Assembly: GCA_030637025.1 (NCBI GenBank)
Contig: DAOVVV010000025.1
Coordinates: forward strand, 1 to 38,799
DNA: 38,799 nt
Direction of reading: 5' to 3'
From: Clostridia bacterium
GTDB taxonomy: Bacteria > CBDUZB01 > JAGLHV01
Part shown: piece by piece, positions 10,293 through 19,897 of the stretch
Layout: every line of letters begins with the position of its first letter
How positions within the stretch are numbered: the stretch's first letter is position 1
The notes under the pieces: model-generated
Told to the model about the DNA's origin: nothing
What the model saw: only the letters and a program-made list of their open reading frames with translations
Databases searched by the model: none
Position numbers and translations under genes: made by a program

Positions 10293-10321
10293 ATCATACT
10301 TATCCCACTGCCATTTGTCAA
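10293..10321 (-). promoter_or_regulatory. Sigma70-type promoter for the rpmF-plsX-fab operon
   Basis: Minus strand TTGACA (10321-10316), 17-bp spacer, TATGAT (10298-10293); AT-rich tract upstream. Confidence 0.8.
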
Positions 10322-10347
10322 TAAAAAATATTTACTGTATCTTTTTA

Positions 10348-11580
10348 TCAATTTTTAGTTTCTTTATTTATTAAAATTTCAACTATTTTTTTTGTATCAC
10401 GCGCAATAATTAATTCTTCATTAGTAGGAATACAAAAGATTTTCACCTTCGACGATTGCTGACTAATAATAGCTTCTTTCCCTATAGCCAATTCGTTTTT
10501 CTCTTTATCTATTTTCACTCCCATAAAATCCAGTTTTTCACAACATTTCTGACGTACCAGAGGAACATTTTCGCCTATGCCGGCTGTAAAGACAAGAACA
10601 TCAACTCCCCCTAAAACTCCGGCATAAGAGGCAATATATTTACGTACCTGATAACAAAAAATTTCTAAAGCCAAAGAGGCCCGGGAATTATTTGCCTTAA
10701 CCTCTTGCAGTATTTCCCGCATATCATTACTAACTCCGGAAATACCATATAATCCACTCTGTTTATTCAAAAGAGTGACCACTTCTGATAAAGAAAGGCC
10801 TTCTCTCCCAATTAAATGAAATACAACCGTAGGGTCTATATTCCCACATCTGGTCCCCATAACTAAACCCTCTAAAGGAGTAAAACCCATTGAAGTATCT
10901 ACAGACTTACCTTTTTCAATTGCCGATATACTACACCCATTACCCAAATGACAGGTTATAATTTTAATATCCTCTATTGATTCTCCGCTTAATTCACTAA
11001 CCCGCTCCGACACATAACGATGAGAAGTTCCATGAAAACCATAACGACGAATATCATATTTTTGATAAAGTAAATAAGGAAGCCCATAAATATAAGCAAA
11101 CTTAGGCATCGTTTGATGAAAGGCCGTATCAAAAACAGCTACCTGTGGAATACCGGATAACAAAGTTTCACAGGCTTTAATTCCCCTTAAGTTATGAGGG
11201 TTATGTAAAGGCGCTAATTCTATACAATCTCTAATATCTTGCTTTACATCAGCATCAATTAAAACCGAACTGGCAAATTTTTCTCCTCCATGAACTACCC
11301 TGTGACCAATTGCACTAATTTCTTTTTCATCATTAATTACACCATATTTAGAATGAATTAAAGTGTTGATTATTAATTTTATTCCAATATTATAATCAGG
11401 GATTTCCATTACCAGTTTTTTTTCTTTTAATTCCCCTTCCTTTTGAAAATGATGATATAACAAACCATCATGCATACCGATTCTTTCCATTATTCCATAA
11501 GAAAGAGTTTGTTCGCCAATCATTTCAATTAATTTATATTTTATTGACGAACTACCACAATTCAATATTAAAATCTTCAT
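10348..11580 (-). CDS. ackA: Acetate kinase
   Basis: ILNCGSSSIK, GHRVVHGG, LAPLHNP, YGFHGTSH, CHLGNG, MGFTPLEG, FTAGIGEN, PTNEE. Confidence 0.97.
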   Translation of the reverse strand: MKILILNCGSSSIKYKLIEMIGEQTLSYGIMERIGMHDGLLYHHFQKEGELKEKKLVMEIPDYNIGIKLIINTLIHSKYGVINDEKEISAIGHRVVHGGEKFASSVLIDADVKQDIRDCIELAPLHNPHNLRGIKACETLLSGIPQVAVFDTAFHQTMPKFAYIYGLPYLLYQKYDIRRYGFHGTSHRYVSERVSELSGESIEDIKIITCHLGNGCSISAIEKGKSVDTSMGFTPLEGLVMGTRCGNIDPTVVFHLIGREGLSLSEVVTLLNKQSGLYGISGVSNDMREILQEVKANNSRASLALEIFCYQVRKYIASYAGVLGGVDVLVFTAGIGENVPLVRQKCCEKLDFMGVKIDKEKNELAIGKEAIISQQSSKVKIFCIPTNEELIIARDTKKIVEILINKETKN

Positions 11581-11629
11581 TTTTCCTCTTTTATCTTTTA
11601 TTTTTCCAATTCATAACTTATAAATACTG

Positions 11630-11723
11630 TGTCACAAATAATCACATACTCACTTCGCTGACGTCATACATTGTCATAAACGCAAACAGTCAAATACTAA
11701 ATCCGCTTTATCCGCCTTAGGCG
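11630..11723. repeat. Repeat C, copy 1 (short-tandem-repeat scaffold)
   Basis: tgtcacaaata.tcaca, a 22-bp identity gtcatacattgtcataaacgca (11663-11684 = 16802-16823) and ccgc.t.atccgcct.aggcg are all shared, in the same order, with 16743-16889. Confidence 0.85.
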
Positions 11724-11824
11724 TTCAATTCAACTGTCTTTTCCACCCGTCTTTATCTTTTACTTTGTGCCTCGGCACCTTTGTACCTATCTTTTTTTGT
11801 GGACTATGGACTAATTTTAGTTTT

Positions 11825-12265
11825 TTATTTCTTATATTCTTTTCTTTCCCAACTATAAATTTCTTCTTCAGAAAAAAAGAAATTTATCTCTCTGTGTGCA
11901 GATTCAGACGAATCAGAACAATGAATAACATTATGCCGGTTGTCACTAGCATACAACTTTCTTATTGTTCCTTCTTCTGCTAAATCAGGATTGGTATTAC
12001 CTGCCATTTTTCGCAATCCGGATATTATTTCCTCCCCCTGCCAAACCATTATTAAAGAAGGATTTGAACACATAAATTTAATCAAAGGAGAATAAAATTC
12101 TTTACCCCGATGTTCTCCATAAAACAATTCTGCTTTTTCCGGACTCAAAAAAATCATTCGGCAAGCCATCATCTTGAAATTTTCTTTTTCCATCGCAGTA
12201 ATAATTTTTCCTGCTATTTTTTTACTCAATCCATCCGGCTTAACTATTACTAAGGTCTGTTCCAT
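11825..12265 (-). CDS. ndk: Nucleoside diphosphate kinase
   Basis: EQTLVIVKPDG, FYGEHRGKEF, GNTNP..A..GTIR, NVIHCSDS (phospho-His). Confidence 0.96.
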   Translation of the reverse strand: MEQTLVIVKPDGLSKKIAGKIITAMEKENFKMMACRMIFLSPEKAELFYGEHRGKEFYSPLIKFMCSNPSLIMVWQGEEIISGLRKMAGNTNPDLAEEGTIRKLYASDNRHNVIHCSDSSESAHREINFFFSEEEIYSWERKEYKK

Positions 12266-12825
12266 TATTTCTTTCCTTTCCTGATAATTTCATATAAATC
12301 ATTTCCTTTCGTATCAATTCCCACAATAACAGGAAAACTCTCTACCTCTAATTTATATACGGCTTCACATCCTAAATCAGGATAAGCAACCAATTCCTGC
12401 CTGGTTATACAATTTGAATATAAAGCACCACATCCTCCATAAGCAATAAAATAAATTGCTTTATGTTTTTTTATTGCCTCCCTGACCACCACCGAACGCT
12501 CTCCCTTTCCAATCATCCCTTTTAGCCCATACTTTAACAATAAAGGAGTAAAAGAATCCATTCTATAACTGGTAGTTGGACCGGCAGATCCAATAATCAT
12601 ACCCGGTTTAGCCGGTGTTGCTCCTGTATAATAAATTACCTGATTTTTAAAATCAAAACAATTTCTTACTTTTCCTTTTAACCCTTTTTTATTTATATTC
12701 TCGGTAATTCTTTTATGTGCCTGATCTCTGGCAGTATAAATAACACCGTTGATTAAAACTTTTTGTCCCACCTTTAATTTATAGAACTTTTCTATATCCG
12801 AAGGAATAAATATTTTTGTATCCAT
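12265..12825 (-). CDS. Class I fumarate hydratase / tartrate dehydratase-type Fe-S hydro-lyase, beta subunit
   Basis: YTARDQAHKR, GSAGPTTSYRM, MIGKG, DLGCEAV, IDTKGNDLY. Confidence 0.92.
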   Translation of the reverse strand: MDTKIFIPSDIEKFYKLKVGQKVLINGVIYTARDQAHKRITENINKKGLKGKVRNCFDFKNQVIYYTGATPAKPGMIIGSAGPTTSYRMDSFTPLLLKYGLKGMIGKGERSVVVREAIKKHKAIYFIAYGGCGALYSNCITRQELVAYPDLGCEAVYKLEVESFPVIVGIDTKGNDLYEIIRKGKK

Positions 12826-12846
12826 AATCTTATCTTATCCTATTCC

Positions 12847-13716
12847 TTAAATTTCTATTTCCCTATACCGATTTGCCCAACAAGAAATACTTATTGCTAC
12901 GGGTAACCCGGCAATATGAGTAGGATGTGTTTTAATATGTAGTCCTAAAGCGGTAACCCTTCCGCCTAATCCTGCCGGACCGATACCCAACTTATTTATT
13001 TCTTCCAGCCATTCCCGTTCTAATTTATTAGTTTCCCCGATTCTACCCCAAACACTGCTTTTACTTTTAGCTTCTAAAACTACAGCTTCTTTAGCCATTA
13101 AAACTGCTTTATCCATTGTTCCTCCTATTCCTATTCCTACCATAATAGGAGGACAGGGATTAGCTCCTGCTTTCTTTACTGTTTCTACAACAAATTTTTT
13201 TATTTCTTCCTTTCCTTCGGCAGGACTGAACATTTTTACCGCACCCATATTTTCACAACCAAATCCTTTGATAGAAATTGAAATTTTTATTTTATCTCCG
13301 GGAACAATTACGGTATAAATAACAGCCGGTGTATTATCCTGTGTGTTTTTCCTGGTTAAAGGGTCCACAACTGATTTACGCAAAAAACCTTCCTTATATC
13401 CTCTCCTTACCCCTTCCTGAATAGCTGATTCTAAATCAGTATTTACATCAGCATTTTTGTATCTAATTTTTACTTTTGTACCAACCCGAATAAAAACCAA
13501 GACCATACCGGTATCTTGACAAAGAGGAATTTTAAGCTTTGAAGCAATCTTACAATTTTCTATTATCCGGGACAAAACCCCTTTGGCCAAATCTTCCTTT
13601 TCCGTTTTATAAGTTTTTTTTAATAACTTAAGAACCCGGGGAGATAAAAAATAATTAGCCTCTATACATAATTTATTTACCGCCTGAATAATTACATCTA
13701 TATCTATTTGTCTCAA
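12847..13716 (-). CDS. Class I fumarate hydratase / tartrate dehydratase-type Fe-S hydro-lyase, alpha subunit
   Basis: PLCQDTG, LRKSVVDP, NTQDNTPA, KGFGCEN, NPCPP, HIAGLPV, SCWANR (three Fe-S Cys); TTG start. Confidence 0.92.
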   Translation of the reverse strand: MRQIDIDVIIQAVNKLCIEANYFLSPRVLKLLKKTYKTEKEDLAKGVLSRIIENCKIASKLKIPLCQDTGMVLVFIRVGTKVKIRYKNADVNTDLESAIQEGVRRGYKEGFLRKSVVDPLTRKNTQDNTPAVIYTVIVPGDKIKISISIKGFGCENMGAVKMFSPAEGKEEIKKFVVETVKKAGANPCPPIMVGIGIGGTMDKAVLMAKEAVVLEAKSKSSVWGRIGETNKLEREWLEEINKLGIGPAGLGGRVTALGLHIKTHPTHIAGLPVAISISCWANRYREIEI

Positions 13717-13724
13717 AACTTAGC

Positions 13725-14915
13725 TTACACTCCTTTAATCCTGGCTACTTTATTCTCTATAGCTGCTTTAGCTACTGCTTCGGCAACAACTTTACCTATT
13801 TCTAAATCATCAACCGGTGGAATAAATTTGTCTTCCGATAAATTATCTTCCGGAATTAAATTAGCAATAGCAAAGGCCGCTGCATATTTCATGTCCTCGG
13901 TAATACGACTCGCCCGAACATCCAATGCTCCTCTCATAACCCCCGGAAAAGCTAATACATTATTAATTTGATTAGGAAAATCAGAACGTCCGGTAGCTAC
14001 TAATCTTACCCCTGCTTTTTTAGCTTCGTCCGGCATTATTTCCGGCACAGGATTGGCCATGGCAAAAATTATAGGGTCATCCTCCATTTCCTGTACCATT
14101 TCTTTGGTTAACAGATTAGCTACAGAAACGCCGAGAAAAACGTTTCTATTCTTTATAACTTCCCCCAGCAACCCTTTTATTTTATTTTTATTCGTAATTA
14201 AAGCAATTTTCTCTTTTTCCGGGTTCATTCTCTGCTCTCTTCCCTGATAAATAGCTCCCAGGGTATCACAGAGAATAACATCCTTTATTCCATAATCTAC
14301 TAAAAATTTAGAAATAGCAATTCCCGCAGCACCCGCCCCATTAACAATTACTTTGGCCTCATTTATTTTTCTGTTACTTAATTTTAAAGCATTAATTAAT
14401 CCTGCCAAAACAACAATTGCCGTCCCATGCTGATCATCATGAAAAACAGGAATATCTAATTCTTCTATTAATCTTTTTTCTATTTCAAAACAACGGGGAG
14501 AAGAAATATCTTCCAGATTTATTCCTCCGAAAGAAGGAGCTATATTTTTGACTATGTTTATAATTTCTTCTGTATCCTGAGTATCCAAACAAATAGGAAA
14601 AGCATCCACATTACCAAATCCTTTAAATAAAATAGCTTTACCTTCCATCACCGGCAAAGCCGCAAAAGGACCTATATTACCCAAACCTAAAACTGCTGAT
14701 CCATCAGTTACTATGGCAATCATCTTTCCCGAAGAACAATAATCATAAACCAACTCTTTATTTTTATGTATTTCCAGAGAAGCCCAGGCCACTCCCGGGG
14801 TATAAAGTAATTGCAAATTATCTCTGTCTATCTTAATTTTACTTTGTATAGTTATCTTACCCTGATATTGTTTATGTATTTCCAATGCTCTTTTTTTCAA
14901 TTCATTTACATTCAT
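13725..14915 (-). CDS. NAD(P)-dependent malic enzyme (short type, no PTA domain)
   Basis: [67 protein letters not shown]. Confidence 0.95.
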   Translation of the reverse strand: MNVNELKKRALEIHKQYQGKITIQSKIKIDRDNLQLLYTPGVAWASLEIHKNKELVYDYCSSGKMIAIVTDGSAVLGLGNIGPFAALPVMEGKAILFKGFGNVDAFPICLDTQDTEEIINIVKNIAPSFGGINLEDISSPRCFEIEKRLIEELDIPVFHDDQHGTAIVVLAGLINALKLSNRKINEAKVIVNGAGAAGIAISKFLVDYGIKDVILCDTLGAIYQGREQRMNPEKEKIALITNKNKIKGLLGEVIKNRNVFLGVSVANLLTKEMVQEMEDDPIIFAMANPVPEIMPDEAKKAGVRLVATGRSDFPNQINNVLAFPGVMRGALDVRASRITEDMKYAAAFAIANLIPEDNLSEDKFIPPVDDLEIGKVVAEAVAKAAIENKVARIKGV

Positions 14916-15993
14916 CGTTCTTTATCCTTTTAATAATGGCTTCAGTCATTTCTACCATACCTACTGCTGCTGAATCATTTCTACCTCTTTTTAAATCATA
15001 GGTTACAAACTTCCCCTCGGCAATAACATGAGCTACTGCCCTTTCAATTCTATCAGCCGCTTCTCTTTCGTTTATGAATCTTAACATCATTACCCCGGAT
15101 AAAATCATTGCAGTCGGATTTACTTTATTTTGATTTTTATATTTAGGAGCACTGCCATGGGTAGGTTCAAAAAGAGCAAGTTCCTCTCCTAAATTAGCTC
15201 CCGGAGCTAATCCCAATCCTCCGACTAAACCCGCACATAAATCAGAAACTATATCCCCGTAAAGATTAGGAAGAACTATTACATCATACAGCAAGGGCTT
15301 TTGTACTAACTGCATACACATATTATCTACAATACGATCTTCAAATTCAATATCAGAATATTCTTTAGCCACCTGGCGGGCTACTTCTAAAAAAAGCCCA
15401 TCTGTATATTTCATTATATTCGCTTTATGTACAGCAGTAACCTTCCTGCGCTTGTTCTTTATTGCATATTCAAAAGCAAATCTTACAATTTTTTCAGAGG
15501 CTGAATATGAAATAGGTTTTATACTTATTGCTGTATCCTTTTTCATTTCCACCTTTTTTTTATCTTTTATAAAATCCATAAGCTCTTGCGTTACTTCTTT
15601 TCCTTTTTCAAATTCAATACCCGCATAAAGATCTTCAGTATTTTCCCTGACAACCACTAAATCAATATCAGTGTATTTTGAACAAACTCCCGGATATAAT
15701 TTGCAAGGCCTCAAACAAGCATACAAATCTAACTGCTTTCTTAAACTAACATTGACACTACGAAATCCTTTCCCTACCGGCGTAGTAATCGGACCTTTTA
15801 TAGCCACTTTGTTTTTCCTGATTGCTGCCAGAACTTTATCCGGTAAAGGGGTACCTTCTTTTTCCATTACCCCTACACCGGCATGAACTTCCTCCCATTT
15901 AATATCCACCCCCGCCGCCTCAATACAACGCTTGGTCATCTCTGTGATTTCCGGACCAATCCCATCACCCGGAATTAAAGTAATAACATGCAT
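14902..15993 (-). CDS. icd: Isocitrate dehydrogenase, probably NADP-dependent
   Basis: [23 protein letters not shown] (isocitrate-type Ser-x-Asn), [31 protein letters not shown] and VTYD (NADP-type residues as in E. coli Icd). Confidence 0.85.
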   Translation of the reverse strand: MHVITLIPGDGIGPEITEMTKRCIEAAGVDIKWEEVHAGVGVMEKEGTPLPDKVLAAIRKNKVAIKGPITTPVGKGFRSVNVSLRKQLDLYACLRPCKLYPGVCSKYTDIDLVVVRENTEDLYAGIEFEKGKEVTQELMDFIKDKKKVEMKKDTAISIKPISYSASEKIVRFAFEYAIKNKRRKVTAVHKANIMKYTDGLFLEVARQVAKEYSDIEFEDRIVDNMCMQLVQKPLLYDVIVLPNLYGDIVSDLCAGLVGGLGLAPGANLGEELALFEPTHGSAPKYKNQNKVNPTAMILSGVMMLRFINEREAADRIERAVAHVIAEGKFVTYDLKRGRNDSAAVGMVEMTEAIIKRIKNDECK

Positions 15994-16059
15994 AAAATAC
16001 TCCTTTTAATTAAAATTTTATGATTTTTAGGCCATTCTTAAATTATTGTACGCTAATTC

Positions 16060-16102
16060 AAAAATAAAGGTAAAATGTGTTTTTAACGATATAGCAAATT
16101 TT
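16060..16102. repeat. Repeat A, partial copy (left arm only)
   Basis: aaaataaaggtaaaatgtgtttttaacgatatagcaaatttt matches the first ~42 nt of 25851-26018. Confidence 0.8.
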
Positions 16103-16199
16103 CCAATCATATATCTGTTGTCTTTATTCCGTTATCTATGGGCTATCACCTGTCTTTTGTCTTTATGTCGATTAAATCTTAACAATAGAAAAAAATTTA

Positions 16200-16703
16200 T
16201 TATAATTTAAATCCTTTATGTTTCTTTATATGTTCTACTAACCCGCCGTCCTTTAATAAAACCTGCATTGTTTCCGGCAGTGCCTTTATATTTATTGTTT
16301 TTTCTTTAGTTAAATTAATTAATTTCCCTTTAGTTAAATCAATTTCTAATTTATCTCCTTCCTCTAAATCATCGGTATCACATTCTACCAAAGGCAATCC
16401 AATATTAAAAGCATTACGATAAAAAATTCGGGCAAATGACTTAGCAATTACCAGGGAAATTTTTGCATATTTTATTGCCTGTGGTGCCTGCTCCCGGGAT
16501 GAACCACAACCAAAATTAATCCCGGCTACAATAAAATCCCCTGTTTCTATCCGTTTATAAAAATCAGGTTCTATATCTTCCATTAAATGCTGCGCGAGCT
16601 CTGCAGGATCCTGAATTTTAAATTTATATCTACCGGAAATAATATAATCAGTATTAATATTGTCAAACTGTTTAATTCTTCTCGCTCCACCTTTAAAAAT
16701 CAT
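16200..16703 (-). CDS. LeuD/HacB-family dehydratase small subunit (aconitase swivel domain)
   Basis: [43 protein letters not shown]; no large subunit adjacent. Confidence 0.9.
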   Translation of the reverse strand: MIFKGGARRIKQFDNINTDYIISGRYKFKIQDPAELAQHLMEDIEPDFYKRIETGDFIVAGINFGCGSSREQAPQAIKYAKISLVIAKSFARIFYRNAFNIGLPLVECDTDDLEEGDKLEIDLTKGKLINLTKEKTINIKALPETMQVLLKDGGLVEHIKKHKGFKL

Positions 16704-16742
16704 ATCTTTCTCCTTTTATAAGAAACTACTTCTTTACACAAT

Positions 16743-16889
16743 TGTCACAAATAGTCACAAATCCCCCTAACCCCTTTTCCAAAGGGAGGAAATTCGTCCG
16801 TGTCATACATTGTCATAAACGCAGACAGACAAATCCGAAATACTAATATCTAAATTCTAAACCCGCCTCATCCGCCTAAGGCGGAGAGG
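16743..16889. repeat. Repeat C, copy 2, expanded by internal modules
   Basis: Collinear with 11630-11723, plus atccccctaaccccttttccaaaggga (~16761-16787), a heptamer run aaatccg-aaatact-aatatct-aaattct, and the hairpin tccgcc-taa-ggcgga (16871-16885). Confidence 0.85.
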
Positions 16890-16907
16890 ACAAATAAATT
16901 CAAAACA

Positions 16908-17078
16908 AAAAAATGAAGGGGAAATGTGTTTCGAACGACTTAGCAAATTTTAGCGAAAATAAGCGTTAAAAAAATAAGCTTGTCTGAGCAAAGCGAGTTG
17001 CTTATTTTAGCTTGTTTTTGCGTGCCCGTAGGGTAAAATTATGCGTCTAGAGAGAAACATGTTTTTCCTTTATTTTTT
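16908..17078 (+). repeat. Repeat A, copy 1: ~170-nt multi-stem palindromic element (MITE-like or structured ncRNA)
   Basis: Highly similar to 25851-26018; ~24-bp terminal stem, three nested stems, apical ttgtctgagcaaagcgagtt, side hairpin ccc-gta-ggg. Confidence 0.9.
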
Positions 17079-17167
17079 AACCTTGTGCCTCTATGCCTTT
17101 GTGCCTTTTCTTTTTAGCTTGTGCCTGTCTTTTATCTGTCATCTGACGGACTATCTTTTGCTATTAG

Positions 17168-17866
17168 CTACTTTTTCAATCCCAATTCCGCTGTCGGCCT
17201 TCGTATATACAACGGAAAAATTTTATTATATTTTTTACCCTTTCCTCTTTGCAATTCTTCCTTACCTAACCAAGCAACATTAGATGCAGTGGGAAACACA
17301 TTTCTAAACGAAGCAAAAACAGCTTTTTTGCCTAACATGTTTTTAATTATTTCCCGATGCAGTGAAACCCCATCCCCTACAAATAAAATCTTTCCCTGAT
17401 GCCTTTGGTTAAATTCATATAAATTCTTTAATAATTCCTCTATTTTTATTAACTGATACTCCATTATTTTTTCTGTAACTTTTGTTCTATACAGTGCCGT
17501 ATAAACTTCTTTCCTTAAAGCATCGATAATAGGACACACAAAAAAATCACAAGGAAAAACACTCAAAGCCAGAATATCCAAACTGGAAACACCAACGATA
17601 GGAATTTTCAGAGCTTGTGCTAATCCTCTAACGGCAGAAATTCCTACTCGAATGCCGGTAAAAGAACCCGGACCTATGGATACACCAATGCCTTCTAAAT
17701 CTTTAATTTTAATCCCTAAATCTGTTAAAATTTTATTTAATCCCGAAAATAATTTCTCCGAATGTCTGCCTTTTATGTTTAAAATATATTCTGCGGCTAA
17801 ATTTTCGTTCTCTAAAACAGCAACACTACAAATTTTAGATGTAGTTTCTATCCCCAAAACTTTCAC
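17168..17866 (-). CDS. tsaB: tRNA t6A biosynthesis protein TsaB
   Basis: VLGIETT, HSEKL, GPGSFTGIRVG, IDALRKEVY, PLYIR; GTG start. Confidence 0.95.
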   Translation of the reverse strand: MKVLGIETTSKICSVAVLENENLAAEYILNIKGRHSEKLFSGLNKILTDLGIKIKDLEGIGVSIGPGSFTGIRVGISAVRGLAQALKIPIVGVSSLDILALSVFPCDFFVCPIIDALRKEVYTALYRTKVTEKIMEYQLIKIEELLKNLYEFNQRHQGKILFVGDGVSLHREIIKNMLGKKAVFASFRNVFPTASNVAWLGKEELQRGKGKKYNKIFPLYIRRPTAELGLKK

Positions 17867-17892
17867 AAAATATTATCCCTTTTATTTATAGA

Positions 17893-19347
17893 TTAAGAAG
17901 GACTGCTATCACCCATACAAATTCTATTTTTCCCTTCTCTTTTTGCCTGATACAAAAATTCATCAGCTTTTTTAATTAATTCATCCGTAGATAATTTATG
18001 CTGGAAACTAGATATTCCACCGCTTATACTTATTTCTTTTGAAGAGGATTCCTGCAGAAAAGTATCTCTTACCGCTTTTCTTATTTTTTCTGCTACTTCT
18101 TTTGCTTCCACAACCTTTGTCTCCGGTAAAATAATTATAAATTCTTCCCCTCCGTAACGACTTATTACATCTACTTTGCGACTATTTTTATTTAATATTC
18201 GAGCCACTTTTTTAAGGACAATATCCCCTTTAAGATGCCCATAGGCATCATTATATTGTTTAAAATTATCGAGATCGAACATAATCAAACATAAAAACCG
18301 TTTATATCTTTCTGCCCTATCAACTTCTACTTTTAGGCGTTCTTCAAAATAGCGCCGGTTAAAAAGTCCGGTCAAAGAATCCGTTATGGATAAAACTTTT
18401 ACTTCTTTATACAATCTTGCATTTTCAATAGATACAACAGCCTGGTTGACAATTATAGAAAGCAACCTTAAATCATCCATGGTAAAAACAGTATTTTCTT
18501 GATCGTTTTTATCAGTAATATTAATTACCCCTATTGTTTCATTTTCTTTTCTTAAGGGCATACTCAAAAAAGATTTACTTTTATAGGGCTCAGACCCTTT
18601 CTCTTCTTTAATTCTACGGGCATCGGTTTGTTTATCAACATCTAATACCAATAAAGGCTCCCCTGTTTTTGCTACCCAACCCACAATCCTTTCTCCTAAT
18701 TTTACTTGAGTATTTTTAATAATTCTATCCTTTAACCCTCTAGAAGCAACAATTTTTAAAACTTCCCCGGATTTATCCAATAACATTAAAGAACCTCTTT
18801 GCGCTTCTATAATGTCCGTAGCCTTCATTATAATAAAATCAACCAGTTCTTCTAAATTCAGAATAGAGCTCATCTTCTCCCCTATTTCTAAAATAGTTTC
18901 TAATTTGTTTTTTTCTTTTTGCAAATATTGTAATAATTCTTTATTTCTTAACGTTAATCTCCGCCGTTCTAATCCTTTCTTAATAATTAATTTTACCCGT
19001 TCCGGATCAAAAGGTTTAAGAATATAATCATAAACTTCCTCTTCCAAAGCTTTAATCGCTGTTTCTATATTAGCATAGGCAGTCATTACAATAACACAAA
19101 CATCCTGATCATTTTTCTTGGCTATTTTTAATATTTCCAGGCCACTCATATCCGGTAATTTTAAATCTGTAAGAATTAAATCAGGTAAAATTTCTTTTAT
19201 TTTAATAATTGCCTGAGCAGCATTCCCGGCAAGAGTAACCTTGTATTCTTCTTTCTCCAATAGATCCCTGATTGTCTCACCTATAAAAGCTTCATCATCT
19301 ACTATTAGTATATTAACTTTTCCCTCTGTTTTATTTTGAGCTGTCAT
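17893..19347 (-). CDS. Response-regulator diguanylate cyclase (REC-GAF-GGDEF)
   Basis: REC: ILIVDDE, LTDLKLPDMSG, MTA, KPF. GAF: GSLML, GWVAKTGEPLLV, SFLSMPL, IGVINI. GGDEF: TDSLTGLFNRR, DLDNFKQYND..GH..GD, RKVD I-site, RYGGEEF. Confidence 0.95.
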   Translation of the reverse strand: MTAQNKTEGKVNILIVDDEAFIGETIRDLLEKEEYKVTLAGNAAQAIIKIKEILPDLILTDLKLPDMSGLEILKIAKKNDQDVCVIVMTAYANIETAIKALEEEVYDYILKPFDPERVKLIIKKGLERRRLTLRNKELLQYLQKEKNKLETILEIGEKMSSILNLEELVDFIIMKATDIIEAQRGSLMLLDKSGEVLKIVASRGLKDRIIKNTQVKLGERIVGWVAKTGEPLLVLDVDKQTDARRIKEEKGSEPYKSKSFLSMPLRKENETIGVINITDKNDQENTVFTMDDLRLLSIIVNQAVVSIENARLYKEVKVLSITDSLTGLFNRRYFEERLKVEVDRAERYKRFLCLIMFDLDNFKQYNDAYGHLKGDIVLKKVARILNKNSRKVDVISRYGGEEFIIILPETKVVEAKEVAEKIRKAVRDTFLQESSSKEISISGGISSFQHKLSTDELIKKADEFLYQAKREGKNRICMGDSSPS

Positions 19348-19384
19348 TTCAAAACTTTCCTTTTAAAATTTTATACCATCGTTA

Positions 19385-19897
19385 CTAAAGAGATTCAAAC
19401 AACAAATCCAACTTTTTAAATTCACTACACCGTTTTTTGAAACTTTCTCCGCAAACCAATAATTTTATTTTCCTTAAATTCCCCCTGCCCGAAAAATATA
19501 TCTCTATTCTTTCCTCCGGCCAAACATCTACAATTTTATCCGCCCATTCAATAATGGTAATGCCCTCACTGTAAAAATACTCTTTATAACCTAATTCCTC
19601 AATTTCCAGGATTGAATCTATTCTGTACAAATCAAAATGATAAACAGGATATTTGCCTTTATATTCATTAATCAGTCTAAATGTAGGACTATTAACATAC
19701 TCATCCACTTTTAAACCTTTTGCGACTCCCTGGGTAAAAGTAGTTTTTCCCGCTCCCAATTCTCCCACTAAACAAATAACATCGCCCCCTTTCAAAATGC
19801 CCCCCAAATATTTTCCTATTTTTTTAGTTTGAGAAGCTTTGCGGGTCTGCAAATAAAATTCTTTTTTAAAATTCCGGATTATCCGTAAAGTGCTCAT
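19385..19897 (-). CDS. tsaE: tRNA t6A biosynthesis ATPase TsaE
   Basis: GELGAGKTT, VNSPTF, YHFDLYR, IIEWA; start uncertain (overlaps the thiL 3' end by 32 nt). Confidence 0.95.
   Translation of the reverse strand: MSTLRIIRNFKKEFYLQTRKASQTKKIGKYLGGILKGGDVICLVGELGAGKTTFTQGVAKGLKVDEYVNSPTFRLINEYKGKYPVYHFDLYRIDSILEIEELGYKEYFYSEGITIIEWADKIVDVWPEERIEIYFSGRGNLRKIKLLVCGESFKKRCSEFKKLDLLFESL

Noticed and set aside
14902-16703. leuB-leuD leucine biosynthesis assignment
   Set aside because: The dehydrogenase has isocitrate-type RSVN and NADP-type HGSAPKY rather than the IPMDH-type HGSAPDI; no leuA or leuC nearby
11630-17165. CRISPR array suggested by short repeated units
   Set aside because: Units are 7-10 nt, degenerate and abutting, with no regular repeat-spacer period and no cas genes
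17041-17283. + strand hydrophobic ORFs starting in repeat-rich spacers (also 11765-11983 and 1998-2204) as possible type I toxins
   Set aside because: Hydrophobicity follows from the T-rich repeats; no RBS, they overlap real genes, and the frames are not conserved between repeat copies
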